From contig JAEOUA010000006.1 of the NCBI GenBank assembly GCA_016839555.1, positions 320,001 to 384,000 on the forward strand: a DNA stretch of 64,000 nucleotides, in the 5' to 3' direction. Below are positions 49,974 through 60,494 of the stretch, one piece after another. The position numbers and the translations under genes are program-made. Source of the stretch: Promethearchaeota archaeon (GTDB lineage: Archaea > Asgardarchaeota > Lokiarchaeia > Sigyniarchaeales > SOKP01). Below the pieces are notes generated by a model. The model saw only the letters and a program-made list of their open reading frames with translations. It did not search any database and was not told the origin of the DNA. Within the stretch, counting starts at the first letter, position 1. Every line of letters begins with the position of its first letter.

Positions 49974-50402
49974 ATGTTAGGAAAAAAATATGCGTATTGC
50001 CCAAATTGTAGAACAAGAATTAAAAATCCAAAAAGAAAAAAGCTAACATCTTATAATTATCAAATATTAATTATCGCTTCGATTGCCACATTAGGAGTTG
50101 GTCTAGTAGCATTTATTCTTTATAGGTTAATATTTCAGAAGAAGAAATACTGTCCTGAATGCCAAAGTATTGTGGAATTTTATAAGTCCCCGGAGGAGTT
50201 TCCAAAAAAGGTAGCAGTTAAAAATCTGCTTGAACGGCTTGAAATAGAGAGAGTAAAAGAAAAATCTAAAGACGAAATTAAAAAAGAAGAGGATAAAGTT
50301 CTCTTAGAAGATACCTATATTATATGTTCTTTTTGTGGTGAAAAAATTGAGGCGGGTTTAGACGTATGCCCTTTTTGCGGAAAGGAACAAAAACCTTCTT
50401 AA
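49974..50402 (+). CDS. LITAF-like zinc/membrane protein with C-terminal zinc ribbon
   Basis: CPNC, hydrophobic stretch, YCPEC; then CSFC...CPFC. Confidence 0.7.
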   Translation: MLGKKYAYCPNCRTRIKNPKRKKLTSYNYQILIIASIATLGVGLVAFILYRLIFQKKKYCPECQSIVEFYKSPEEFPKKVAVKNLLERLEIERVKEKSKDEIKKEEDKVLLEDTYIICSFCGEKIEAGLDVCPFCGKEQKPS

Positions 50403-50597
50403 ATTATGTTTATAGGCATATTGGGAAAAAATATTAAAGAACCTAAATATTTACATCTTAATAATAAAATAAAAAATTAATTATTTGCTTATTAAAAATT
50501 GGTCTAAATATCTTTTTAATAACATTTATATATTTAAATATTTAGAGCTTATTAATAAAATGAAAACTTACCGAAAATAAATTGGAGGAATATAGAG

Positions 50598-50987
50598 ATG
50601 GAACGAGGATATTGTCCGCATTGCAATAAGATCGTGAAGGCGAAACGAGAGGATCTAGATCTCCTACTAATTATAATTCTGGCCATCTTTACAGCAGGAA
50701 TTGGGGTGGCGATTTATTTAGCCATTTTTTATTCAAAATATGAGAAAAACCTGTGTATCAATTGCAATCATAAATTAAAACCCATAACAGGAGAAGAAGC
50801 ATTATCTCAAGAAGAGATGATACCAATAGTAAATCCCTATAAGCTTAGTTCAAAAGAGGAGATTTCCGAAACGGATAATTTTTATACAGGAAAACAACTA
50901 ACTTTATGCCCTTATTGTGGACAGAGAATTGAACCTGGAATAAAAATTTGTCCTAATTGTAATAGTTTAATTGAACCGGGAGAATAG
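50598..50987 (+). CDS. LITAF-like zinc/membrane protein with C-terminal zinc ribbon (tandem paralog)
   Basis: CPHC, hydrophobic stretch, CINC; then CPYC...CPNC; SD-like GGAGG upstream. Confidence 0.7.
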   Translation: MERGYCPHCNKIVKAKREDLDLLLIIILAIFTAGIGVAIYLAIFYSKYEKNLCINCNHKLKPITGEEALSQEEMIPIVNPYKLSSKEEISETDNFYTGKQLTLCPYCGQRIEPGIKICPNCNSLIEPGE

Positions 50988-51121
50988 ATGTTTTTCCTTC
51001 CTTATTTATAAAAAATCTTACCTTTTAAAAAATAAGTATTAAAAGAAATTATTAAATTAATACAAGTTTATTTTACACAATCAAAATTATTTTTGACAAA
51101 TAATGCTTAAGGTGGTTAAAA

Positions 51122-52018
51122 GTGGTAAGTAAAGGAATGCGTAGAGTTTTAAAATTCCTCGAAAAAAGAAATGAACTTGAAGTGAAGCAGAAAGTTGCTG
51201 AATCCAGGGAAAGTTTAGAGAGCTTGGCAACCCTTGTTGAGCTTCCTGATGATGTGGAACTAAACCATATCGAAATAAATGGAATTAAAGCTGTTTGGAT
51301 TGATACTCCTCAATCAAATTCTGAAAATATTATCCTTTATCTACACGGGGGAGGATATATGGAAGGATCTTTGACAACTCATCAAGACTTAGCGATGAGA
51401 ATTGGAAGGGCTTCAAAAGCACGTGTACTCTTAATTGACTATAGGTTAGCACCTGAAAAACCTTTCCCTGCCGCTTTGAATGATACTATTTCATGGTATG
51501 AATGGTTAATTGGCAGTCAAAAAATACCCTCCTCAAATATTATATTAGCAGGCGACTCAGCTGGAGGTGGTTTAGTTTTAGCTACACTATTAAAACTCAA
51601 ACAATTAGAAATTCAATTACCATCTGCAGCAATATGTCTTTCTCCATGGACAGATTTAGCAATGGAAGGGGAATCTATCAAAACCAAGGCAGATATCGAT
51701 AAATTTTTAAAAATATGGGACTTATTTTTTATGGCTTCTTTATATATTCAAGATAATGATCCTAAAAATCCCTTTATCTCTCCTCTATATGGAGATTTGG
51801 GTGGACTTCCACCATTACTTATTCATGTGGGAAACTCGGAAATTCTTTTAGATGATTCAGTACGCCTAGCTAAAAAGGCTGAAAAAGCCGGTATTGAAGT
51901 GGAATTAAGTATTTGGGAAGATATGATTCATGTATTTCAAGCGTTCGCTGATTGGGCACCCGAGGGAAAAGAAGCTATTGACAAAATCGGGCAATTCGCA
52001 CAATCACATTTTAAATAA
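51122..52018 (+). CDS. Alpha/beta hydrolase, hormone-sensitive-lipase family esterase
   Basis: YLHGGGY, DYRLAPE, GDSAGG, EILLDD, HVF. Confidence 0.92.
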   Translation: MVSKGMRRVLKFLEKRNELEVKQKVAESRESLESLATLVELPDDVELNHIEINGIKAVWIDTPQSNSENIILYLHGGGYMEGSLTTHQDLAMRIGRASKARVLLIDYRLAPEKPFPAALNDTISWYEWLIGSQKIPSSNIILAGDSAGGGLVLATLLKLKQLEIQLPSAAICLSPWTDLAMEGESIKTKADIDKFLKIWDLFFMASLYIQDNDPKNPFISPLYGDLGGLPPLLIHVGNSEILLDDSVRLAKKAEKAGIEVELSIWEDMIHVFQAFADWAPEGKEAIDKIGQFAQSHFK

Positions 52019-52049
52019 AGTTTAAATAAGTATTGTGGTGTCCGCCCTT

Positions 52050-53285
52050 TTAAAAGTCAGGATTTAATTTTTTTTTTAATCTTAATCGATCTTTAATAAT
52101 GCTTAGAATTGTAGATTCTACAGGGGTACAGCCTTTAATAAAAATTCCTTTTTTGTAATCTTTAACTTTTGAAGTACAATTTCCAATTAAATATGTTTCA
52201 TCATAAAGATCAGAGTAGGTTACTCCCTTTCCAATTGCAAGATGTAAGGGATTATCTTCCGTAAAATTTTGATCAATAAATTCTTTATTATTTTTCAATA
52301 AATTAAAAATGGTAGAAAGACAAGCAGAACAAGAATTAATATCTATTAATCTTACATTTTTATATTTGATTGAAATAGTTTCAGGAGAAGGTTTTAAAGG
52401 GTGAATAAAAGCTTTAATGTTTTCTGGTATTGTTATAATATCCTTCTGTGATTTGGGGCTATTTGGCAGAAGTTCTGAGATTAATTTTAAATGAGGGACC
52501 TCTTTTAATCTCCATTTAGGTTGAGTAATTGCTAAAGCGATGATATCAGCAGCTAAAAAATTAGTGGATGCAATAATAGTATCGAGTTTTATTGGTTCTC
52601 CAGAGGAGGGCCCCATCCCTTCGTGAGCATAGGAAGCATCAATTATCGATAAATCTGCAGAAAAAACATGCGCAAGGTCCGAAATCGCGATATCGAGTTC
52701 TTTCACCTTTTTCATATCTTTTTGGTATTTTTTAATTAATTCAGGAGCTTCTTTATGATGGAGTGTTATTTTCTCCCGCTTATAAATTAATCCTTTTAAA
52801 TTTTTAAAACTAAGGGACGCTCCACAGTGCATATGCATTTTTAACACAGGAATAGAGATTATATGATCTATATCCTCCCAAAATCCTGTTACTTTTATTT
52901 TTTTTAAGATTTTACCGTGAGGTATTTTTAATTCAATAGGCGGTTTTTTATCTAAATCAATAAATTGTAAATCTTCATTTTTAAGTAACTCAGAATATCC
53001 AGATTGTTCAAAAGCTTTTTTTGTATCCGTATTAATAATTGGAGAATCTCCAATAAAATAGTTTGCTTTATATCTGCGTTTTAGATAATCAAAAACAGCA
53101 CTCACAACTTCAGCATTTGTATTAATCCCTAAATGAGGATCAGTTTCTCTTCCAACATTGGGTTTTAATAATATATTTTTACCGAAAAAATCAGGTATTT
53201 CTATATTATCTAGTGAAAATTTAACTGCAAGAGCAATATCTTTATTTTGAGCGAGAGAGACAACCGCTTTTTTCCTACCCATCAT
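52050..53285 (-). CDS. DUF362 domain Fe-S protein
   Basis: LLKPN, GDS, PVLKMH, SFKNLKG, EGMGP; C-terminal CSAC...GNC...KGCTP. Confidence 0.8.
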   Translation of the reverse strand: MMGRKKAVVSLAQNKDIALAVKFSLDNIEIPDFFGKNILLKPNVGRETDPHLGINTNAEVVSAVFDYLKRRYKANYFIGDSPIINTDTKKAFEQSGYSELLKNEDLQFIDLDKKPPIELKIPHGKILKKIKVTGFWEDIDHIISIPVLKMHMHCGASLSFKNLKGLIYKREKITLHHKEAPELIKKYQKDMKKVKELDIAISDLAHVFSADLSIIDASYAHEGMGPSSGEPIKLDTIIASTNFLAADIIALAITQPKWRLKEVPHLKLISELLPNSPKSQKDIITIPENIKAFIHPLKPSPETISIKYKNVRLIDINSCSACLSTIFNLLKNNKEFIDQNFTEDNPLHLAIGKGVTYSDLYDETYLIGNCTSKVKDYKKGIFIKGCTPVESTILSIIKDRLRLKKKLNPDF

Positions 53286-54139
53286 TTAATCCCGAGAAAG
53301 TCAATTATTTTTGTTTTCATTAATTCGGCATTAGGAGATTTTCCCGTCCACCATTCAAAGGCGATCACACCCTGATTTACTAACATATCTAATCCGCTTA
53401 ATGTTTCACATCCTATTTCAGACGCTTCTTTAAGAAGTTTAGTTATTAATGGATTATAAACCACATCAAATACAAATAAATCTGGATGGAGAAAATTTTT
53501 TGGCACTGGAGTTGCATCAGTCTTAGGATGCATTCCTATTGGTGTGGCATTTATTAATATATCAGCAGATTTTATTTCCTCCTCTATTGTTGACTCATTA
53601 CTTAATTTCCCTATAATATCAGCATTCATCTTTTCTTTTACTTCATTAGCTAGCTTACGGGCTTTTTCTTCTATAATATCTAAGAGAACAATTTTTTCTG
53701 CTTCTTCTGATAGCATATAGCATAAAGCTCTAGCCACCCCTCCAGCACCAATCATTAGAACTTTTTTATTCGAGATAATACAACCAGCATCTAAGAGGGA
53801 TTTTTTGGCACCATCGGCATCCGTATTTCTTGCTTTAAGGTATCCATCCTCATTTTTTATAGTATTGATCGCGCCTAATTTCTGAGCAAAAGGATCAATT
53901 TCGTCTAAAAAACTCATAACTTTTTCTTTATGAGGAATGGTTACATTGACCCCTTTGATACCTAATGCTCTAATTCCATTAATCGCCTCTTTTAATTGAT
54001 CTGGATGGACATCAAATGCAATATATATAAAATCTAATCCTAATTCTTGTAACGCAGGGTTCCACATAGTCGGACTCATACTATGTTCTACAGGTTGGCC
54101 GATTAAACAGAAGGTTTGAGTTTTTCCTGTAAAAGTCAT
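53282..54139 (-). CDS. aroE: Shikimate dehydrogenase
   Basis: HSMSP, NVTIPHK, GAINT, NTD, GAGG, NATPIGM, DVVYNP. Confidence 0.95.
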   Translation of the reverse strand: MTFTGKTQTFCLIGQPVEHSMSPTMWNPALQELGLDFIYIAFDVHPDQLKEAINGIRALGIKGVNVTIPHKEKVMSFLDEIDPFAQKLGAINTIKNEDGYLKARNTDADGAKKSLLDAGCIISNKKVLMIGAGGVARALCYMLSEEAEKIVLLDIIEEKARKLANEVKEKMNADIIGKLSNESTIEEEIKSADILINATPIGMHPKTDATPVPKNFLHPDLFVFDVVYNPLITKLLKEASEIGCETLSGLDMLVNQGVIAFEWWTGKSPNAELMKTKIIDFLGIK

Positions 54140-54276
54140 ATTTCATTCCTATTTTAATGTATAATATGTTTTATCATTAAATTATAATATTTTTTATCAT
54201 TTAACCAATTTAATTTATTTTACAATTCATTAATCATTTATTTTATCAGAAAATTTAGTATTAATTCAATCTTGAA

Positions 54277-54825
54277 ATGACAAATTTAAAAAAAGATTCA
54301 ATTGCGTTGATTGGTTTTATGGCGACAGGAAAGACTATTGTCGGTCAGAAACTTGCCCAAGTTCTTAGTAAAGATTATAAATTTATTGAAACCGATCAAA
54401 TGATCATAGATGATGCGGGCAAGTCTATTCCAGAAATATTTGAACAAGATGGAGAAATCCGGTTTAGAGAATATGAGATCCAAGCGTGCAAAAAAGCTTC
54501 CCAGCTGCATCATATGGTAATCTCATGCGGTGGCGGAGTGGTTCTAAATAAAATTAATATAGATTATCTCAAACAAAATTGCCATATTGTCTTGCTGACG
54601 GCTACTGCTGAAGAAATTTATAATAGAGCTATGAAGGATGGGCAGGAAACGAGACCAGTCATCGATAAAGATGATCCTAAAGCTGAAATTAAGAATGTTT
54701 TAGATTTTCGAGAACCTTTTTATAACGCCGCTGCAGAGATTGTCGTTAATACCACGAATAAGAGTTTGGAGGAAATTGTAGCTGAAATTATTACTAAAAC
54801 AAAAATTACGGAAAATAATAAATGA
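54277..54825 (+). CDS. aroK: Shikimate kinase (bacterial-type P-loop fold)
   Basis: IGFMATGKT, GEIRFREYE, ISCGGG, RP, REPFY. Confidence 0.92.
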   Translation: MTNLKKDSIALIGFMATGKTIVGQKLAQVLSKDYKFIETDQMIIDDAGKSIPEIFEQDGEIRFREYEIQACKKASQLHHMVISCGGGVVLNKINIDYLKQNCHIVLLTATAEEIYNRAMKDGQETRPVIDKDDPKAEIKNVLDFREPFYNAAAEIVVNTTNKSLEEIVAEIITKTKITENNK

Positions 54826-54963
54826 TAACTTTAAATCTTTTAATGTTTAAAGTTAAATCAAATCAATAAAAGCACAAACATGTTAATAGAAAATTATACT
54901 TTTATCTATTTATCAATAAATGTATATAAATTATATTTAAGAAGATGCCTATAGCAAAATACT

Positions 54964-55812
54964 ATGTCTATCATAGAAGATTTCATTCAGCTCATAAGTT
55001 CTCTTGAGCGAACTTTTGAAGTTCCTAAGATTGAGCAAATATTTTTTCCTTCTATGGAAATGAATCTTGCAGATCAAAATTATAATAATTTTGGGGCTAT
55101 AAAACTCCAAGATGATTCAATTGGCATAATTTACATAGGATTAAACTATGATATAAAACGAAAAGCCCAAGATTATAAAACTGAAACATTAGAGAGAATA
55201 AATCCATATTATCTTGCAAAAGAAGTTGAATCAAAAGATCTTTTTAGGAAGACTCTTGCTTTTGGAGCAATTAATGCCATCTGTCAATCTTTTCTAAAAC
55301 AAATTAACTATTCCTTCGATTTTACGACTGACAGTTTGGGATTACTTTCCCTTCAAGAAGGAGATTTAGTGGGAATGGTGGGATTATTCCCTCCATTGTT
55401 GAAAAGGATCGAGAAGATGAATATTCCTTTATATATCATCGAAAAAAAAGAGCATTTTGTTCAGAAACATAAAAAATGGGAAGTCTCATTAGATCCGAGC
55501 CTATTAAATAAATGTAATAAAGTGCTGTGTACAAGCACTACCGTATTAAATGATTCTATAGATGAAATACTTTCTCATTGTCAAAATGCTGAAAGAATTT
55601 CTATAATTGGCCCAACAGCCGGTTTTTTACCTGATCCATTATTTAAAAGAGGAATTGATGTGATTGGAGGGACTTATGTATCTTATCCTTCATTATTTAT
55701 GGAGAGGATTAATCAAAATAAAAAATGGGGTAATTCAACAAAAAAATATTGTATTCAAGCTAAAAATTATGTTGGACTTACGTCATTATTAAAAAATTTA
55801 GAAAAATCATAA
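54964..55812 (+). CDS. DUF364 (Rossmann-like) family protein
   Basis: GAINAI, VGMVGLF.P, TSTTVLNDSIDEIL, IGPTA, GIDVIGG. Confidence 0.78.
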   Translation: MSIIEDFIQLISSLERTFEVPKIEQIFFPSMEMNLADQNYNNFGAIKLQDDSIGIIYIGLNYDIKRKAQDYKTETLERINPYYLAKEVESKDLFRKTLAFGAINAICQSFLKQINYSFDFTTDSLGLLSLQEGDLVGMVGLFPPLLKRIEKMNIPLYIIEKKEHFVQKHKKWEVSLDPSLLNKCNKVLCTSTTVLNDSIDEILSHCQNAERISIIGPTAGFLPDPLFKRGIDVIGGTYVSYPSLFMERINQNKKWGNSTKKYCIQAKNYVGLTSLLKNLEKS

Positions 55813-55913
55813 TTTATCATTACTCCATCTCTTTTAAACTATTTTCTAGTTTCTTAAAAATAACTTTTATATAGTTTTTAGAAATAAAAAAATTCCTATA
55901 AGCGTAGATTTAA

Positions 55914-56144
55914 ATGTCTATACTTTACTTTTTATATAGTATATCAATAATATACGGGGTTTTGGTAGTGGTAGAATATAAGCGGATTAAATGCCCAGAA
56001 TGCGGCAATGAAGACCCAAGGAAATTATTTGAGCAAGCCGATAAAACTACAGTGTTATATTACAGTATGCAGGGAACTCCTGTATACCGTAAGCAAATGA
56101 AATGCGGAAATTGTGGTAATATCTTTGATAAAAATAATAGTTAA
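55914..56144 (+). CDS. Small C4 zinc-ribbon protein (start probably GTG 55968)
   Basis: CPECGN...CGNCG. Confidence 0.65.
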   Translation: MSILYFLYSISIIYGVLVVVEYKRIKCPECGNEDPRKLFEQADKTTVLYYSMQGTPVYRKQMKCGNCGNIFDKNNS

Positions 56145-56207
56145 TTCTTATTAATTTCATTAAGTTTTACCTTTTTTTTATTATAGCATTCCATTAGAGA
56201 AATTATT

Positions 56208-57410
56208 CTAAAGTGATAAGATTATTTTATTTTGAGCTTTAAGCATTCCTTCCATGATTAAAACCATCGCATCTTGAATATAAGGCAAATTTGCAGGGAC
56301 ACTTCGTTTTGCATCCACGCTTGCCATTAAGACTTCATTTAACCCCCTAAGGATCATGTCGGTATCATACCAGGGTCGTTTGGATGCCCACCACTGAGCA
56401 CATGAATGGATCCCCCGATCAAGCAAATTTCGGGCATTATCAAAAATCTTTCTCTTTTCATAATCCATGCTTTCGTAATATTTAGCAGATAAATGAACAA
56501 TGGTTAAGGCAAACATTAAAAATCTATGCTGTTCGATATGTATTTCGTTCTCTGGATTAAACCAGAGGGGGTAAGGCACATCCATTGCAAGATCATACGG
56601 CATAGTAGACCAAGAGGAATCTCTGGGTTTTTGTTTCTCGCCTAAAGGAAAAATGTCTACGATTTCTGAGATTGTGCATATTCTAATATCTTGTTGATTA
56701 GGTAATGCTTTAAATAAAGGAATTAAAAAGTCTGATATGGCAAGTTTGACATGATGGCCAAATGTTTCTCCATCCATAGCAAGAATTAGATAAGTATCTT
56801 CATTGGTGTTCGTATATTTTAGGCGGTTGATGAAGGTATCTACATTATTTATTTTATTAAAAGCACAATCGATTGAGATATAATCGTCCCGGAAAATCAG
56901 CTTTAAACCGTTAGGATGTTGAGAGATAAAATTTATTGGAAAATTCGGGAGAGAATTTGCGATTCCGCTCATGATAATCCATTCAAAACCCATTTTATTC
57001 ACTACATCAAGGACTTCTTCGGAAATGGCCATTTCAGGTGGGAAAAATCCTCTTGGTTTGTAAACTTTGCCAAAAAAATGTTTATTGGTCTGATTATTTA
57101 ATTTTATCTGGCGTTTAATCTCTGGTTCTGGAATTAATGGCAGTAAAGGGTGGAATTTTCCAGAACTTGTAAATTCGATTTGCCCCCGTGATGCCAAGGT
57201 TATTATACCTTCGATTAGATCAGAATAGCCAAAATCATCTAATTGCTCTGTGAGAGTTCCATTAATATTTAGAGTTATTTTTGTATCTGGATATTGTTTT
57301 AACGCATTAATAAGTGGGAAGTAGGATTCTCTTACAATTTGTTTAATAACAGGTGCTATCTGAGTAGGAGGTTGATAGATATGGAAAAGAAAGCTAAAAT
57401 AGACAACCAT
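56208..57410 (-). CDS. Glycoside hydrolase family 57
   Basis: HIYQP, HPLLPLI, FPPEMA (nucleophile), AMDGETFGHH (acid/base), SSWS. Confidence 0.9.
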   Translation of the reverse strand: MVVYFSFLFHIYQPPTQIAPVIKQIVRESYFPLINALKQYPDTKITLNINGTLTEQLDDFGYSDLIEGIITLASRGQIEFTSSGKFHPLLPLIPEPEIKRQIKLNNQTNKHFFGKVYKPRGFFPPEMAISEEVLDVVNKMGFEWIIMSGIANSLPNFPINFISQHPNGLKLIFRDDYISIDCAFNKINNVDTFINRLKYTNTNEDTYLILAMDGETFGHHVKLAISDFLIPLFKALPNQQDIRICTISEIVDIFPLGEKQKPRDSSWSTMPYDLAMDVPYPLWFNPENEIHIEQHRFLMFALTIVHLSAKYYESMDYEKRKIFDNARNLLDRGIHSCAQWWASKRPWYDTDMILRGLNEVLMASVDAKRSVPANLPYIQDAMVLIMEGMLKAQNKIILSL

Positions 57411-57572
57411 AATTAATTTCTTTAATCCTATAAAGTAATTAAACTCTTGTTAAATATCGTATATAATCAGAAATAATTTCCAAAGATATGATATAGCTTT
57501 TTGAAGCAAAATTAATTTATGAGTTATAATTTCTTTAAAGTATAAGTTTATAATAATCAAATGCTCTAATCT

Positions 57573-59078
57573 ATGAGAATTCCTAAAACTCCGATAATTA
57601 TTTCTTGTTCTCAGTATACCCAGCGAAAAGATTCTGATGCTCATTTGGATCCTCTCAGTTTAATGATAAAGACTGGACGGAACGCAATAAAGAATGCGGG
57701 AGTAGAAGAAATAAAGGAATATATTGATGCTATTTATATGATGAATATCAATAGCTGGTCTTACAAAGATGCTCCGGCAGCATTAGGGAGTGCGCTCAAT
57801 ATAATCCCCAAAGAGAAAGTATATTTACCAGATGGTGGAAATACTCCCCAAATGTTAGTCAATCGGGCAGCTAGAAAAATTTCAACACATAATCTTAGAG
57901 GAATTTTAATTATCGGAGCTGAATCGTCCTATTCTCTATTTCTTGAAAGAAAAGGAAAAATAAAATTAGATTGGCCCAAGAGGAGAAACCCAGATTATAT
58001 GGAAGGCGAACTATGGGATGGTATAAATCAATTCGAAAATAAATATAAGTTTAAATTTCCTCCATTAAGTTATGCCGTCCTTGAAAATGCGGTAAGAAAT
58101 GCTGCGGGAAGGAGTATAGAAGAACATAGAGCGTATATAGGGAACTTATTCCAGCATTTCTCTGAAATAGCAGCTAAAAATCCATATGCATTTTCTCAGA
58201 AGGTTTATACCGCCGAAGAAATTATTAATCCCACTAGAAATAATCGAATGATTTGTTTTCCTTATACAAAGAGTATGTGTTCGAATATGTTTGTGGATCA
58301 ATCGGCGGCAGTTTTGATAATAAATAAACCTATTGCAGAAGAGTTAGGGATTAGTAAAACCCATTGGGTTTATATAATGGGAGGAAGTGATTTAAAAAAT
58401 ATTCATGAGATTACTCGCCGCCCACATCTCCATACATCTCCAGCAGCTCGCGAGGGAGTAAAATTAGCTTTAAATCAAGCAGGTTTAGAATTAGAGGAGA
58501 TAGATGCATTTGACTTGTATAGTTGCTTTCCATCTATCGTAGAAATAATGAAGAAAGAAATAGGAATCTCAGAAAATGATCCCAGAGATTTAACATTAAC
58601 GGGAGGGCTTCCCTATTCTGGAGGCCCATGGAGTAATTATTCGCTTCACGCAATTGCGACCGCTGTCGAAAAAATACAGAAAAATCCAAAATTAAAAATT
58701 ATGGTGGTTGCAAATGGCGGATATAATACCAAGCAATCTTTTGGCATTTATGGGAAAAATCCAGCGGCAATTCCTTGGAATGTTGAAAATTCCTCCACCA
58801 TTCAAGATGAGATCTTAAAGAATTCCTTGAAAGATCCAATTAAAAAAGCAAACGGAATGTTGATGATAGAGGGATATACAATTACCTATAATCGAGATCA
58901 ACAACCAATAGAAGGCATTGTAATTGGAAAGATAGAGGAAAATAGAAGAACGCTTGCTTATATTAAAGTGAATCAAGATAAATTAATCGAGCTTGAGCAT
59001 ATAGAATTGTTAGGGAAAAGCTTTCCTGTCTATTATGATAACAAATTACAATATAACATTATTGAAATAAAATATTAA
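57573..59078 (+). CDS. Thiolase-like protein (acetyl-CoA acetyltransferase family) with C-terminal extra domain
   Basis: GGNTPQ.LVN, NRMICFPYTK, VDQSAA, DLYSCFP, LTLTGGLPY.GGP.SNY. Confidence 0.85.
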   Translation: MRIPKTPIIISCSQYTQRKDSDAHLDPLSLMIKTGRNAIKNAGVEEIKEYIDAIYMMNINSWSYKDAPAALGSALNIIPKEKVYLPDGGNTPQMLVNRAARKISTHNLRGILIIGAESSYSLFLERKGKIKLDWPKRRNPDYMEGELWDGINQFENKYKFKFPPLSYAVLENAVRNAAGRSIEEHRAYIGNLFQHFSEIAAKNPYAFSQKVYTAEEIINPTRNNRMICFPYTKSMCSNMFVDQSAAVLIINKPIAEELGISKTHWVYIMGGSDLKNIHEITRRPHLHTSPAAREGVKLALNQAGLELEEIDAFDLYSCFPSIVEIMKKEIGISENDPRDLTLTGGLPYSGGPWSNYSLHAIATAVEKIQKNPKLKIMVVANGGYNTKQSFGIYGKNPAAIPWNVENSSTIQDEILKNSLKDPIKKANGMLMIEGYTITYNRDQQPIEGIVIGKIEENRRTLAYIKVNQDKLIELEHIELLGKSFPVYYDNKLQYNIIEIKY

Positions 59079-59809
59079 AGAAGGGAAAGGAAATTCCTCA
59101 TTGTGGTAATATTAAGTTGCCCAGGCGCAGTGGTCTCTTCTAAGGCAGCATAGGTGAAAAAGGAGCCCTCCTTTATACACATTATTCTTGAAAAGATACC
59201 CAATTCTCCCATACAAAATGAGATAATTTTATACCCTTGCGAATTAAAGTTAGCGCATAGCTTCAAAGGGATGAGATTGTCTTCAAATTGAGTTGCTGTG
59301 AAAATTATTTTAAATATAAAGGATTCAAAGATAATTTCATCAGCTTGAATTAATTTTTTTAACTTACTCATATAATTCTCAATAAGTTGTAGAGCCTCTT
59401 GAAGCGGTTCTGTAGTTTGGAAATTATGATAAGAAGAAATTATTTTAACTCCTTTTTTCATACATAAATCAACAATCTCTTGTATAAGATTAATTGGAGA
59501 TCGTATTTCAATATCAAGATAATCTGGTTTTGCTTCAATTAATCTCTTAAGTATAGAAAGTCTCTGAGAAGATTTAAGTTCGAGATGTCCTCCTTCAAGA
59601 TTACTTCTGAGCGTAAAAATAAGAGGTATATTAGTTAAGCTTAGAAGTTGTTCCAAAAAAGACCTGCTAATTAGATTTACATCGTCGATATAATCAAATC
59701 GTAATTCAATAAAATCAGGCTTTTCTTTTATGATCTGCTTTAATATTGTTGTATTTATATCAATATTAGACGTTTTAATTGGGACGGCAATACAAAATTT
59801 ATCGCTCAT
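59075..59809 (-). CDS. aroD: Type I 3-dehydroquinate dehydratase
   Basis: ELRFD, IFTLR..LEGG, YLDIE, SYHNF, FCMGELG..SR, APGQ. Confidence 0.92.
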   Translation of the reverse strand: MSDKFCIAVPIKTSNIDINTTILKQIIKEKPDFIELRFDYIDDVNLISRSFLEQLLSLTNIPLIFTLRSNLEGGHLELKSSQRLSILKRLIEAKPDYLDIEIRSPINLIQEIVDLCMKKGVKIISSYHNFQTTEPLQEALQLIENYMSKLKKLIQADEIIFESFIFKIIFTATQFEDNLIPLKLCANFNSQGYKIISFCMGELGIFSRIMCIKEGSFFTYAALEETTAPGQLNITTMRNFLSLL

Positions 59810-59837
59810 AATTTAAATAAAAAAATTAAAATATTTA

Positions 59838-60494
59838 CTAAACTTCCAAAATATCTTTGATTTCGTCTTCGGTAAGTTCCAAAGTGTTTTGAGCATCGAC
59901 CTTTTTTAATTTTCCCTTTTTCCTATAATGTTCAATTATTGGTTTTGCATTTTTTTCATATACATCTAATCGCTTCTCTAAGGTTTCTTCAGAGTCATCA
60001 CTCCTTTGTTGAAATTCTATTTCTGCTCCACACTGATCACAAATCCATTTATTTTCCCCTATTTGTTTTTTAGGTTGAAGAGTATATTTATTATAAATTT
60101 CTCCACATTCAAGACAGCTGAATCTCCCTAAAATTCGTTTCTTAATAATATCTCGAGGGACATCAAGTAAAAGAAATGAATCTACATCTGCATTTTCATC
60201 TAAAAATTCTACTTGATTCATATTTCTAGGATATCCATCTAAAATCCAAGATTGTTTTTCAATCTTAGATAATTTATCTTTAACCAATTCATTTGTCAAG
60301 CTATCTGGAACTAATTCTCCCGCTTCCATATATTCTTTAGCTTTTTTACCTAAAAGTGTTTCATTTTTAAGATTTTCTCGAAATATATCGCCGGTACTTA
60401 TATGTTTAAATTCAGGAACAATTTCCATAATTCTTGAGGAGAACGTCCCTTTACCCGCGCCTGGAGGTCCAAATATCAATATATGTTTAGCCAT
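59838..60494 (-). CDS. adk: Adenylate kinase (bacterial-type, zinc lid)
   Basis: GPPGAGKGT, HISTGDIFR, GELVPD, LDGYPR, CLEC...CDQC lid, QRSDD. Confidence 0.93.
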   Translation of the reverse strand: MAKHILIFGPPGAGKGTFSSRIMEIVPEFKHISTGDIFRENLKNETLLGKKAKEYMEAGELVPDSLTNELVKDKLSKIEKQSWILDGYPRNMNQVEFLDENADVDSFLLLDVPRDIIKKRILGRFSCLECGEIYNKYTLQPKKQIGENKWICDQCGAEIEFQQRSDDSEETLEKRLDVYEKNAKPIIEHYRKKGKLKKVDAQNTLELTEDEIKDILEV

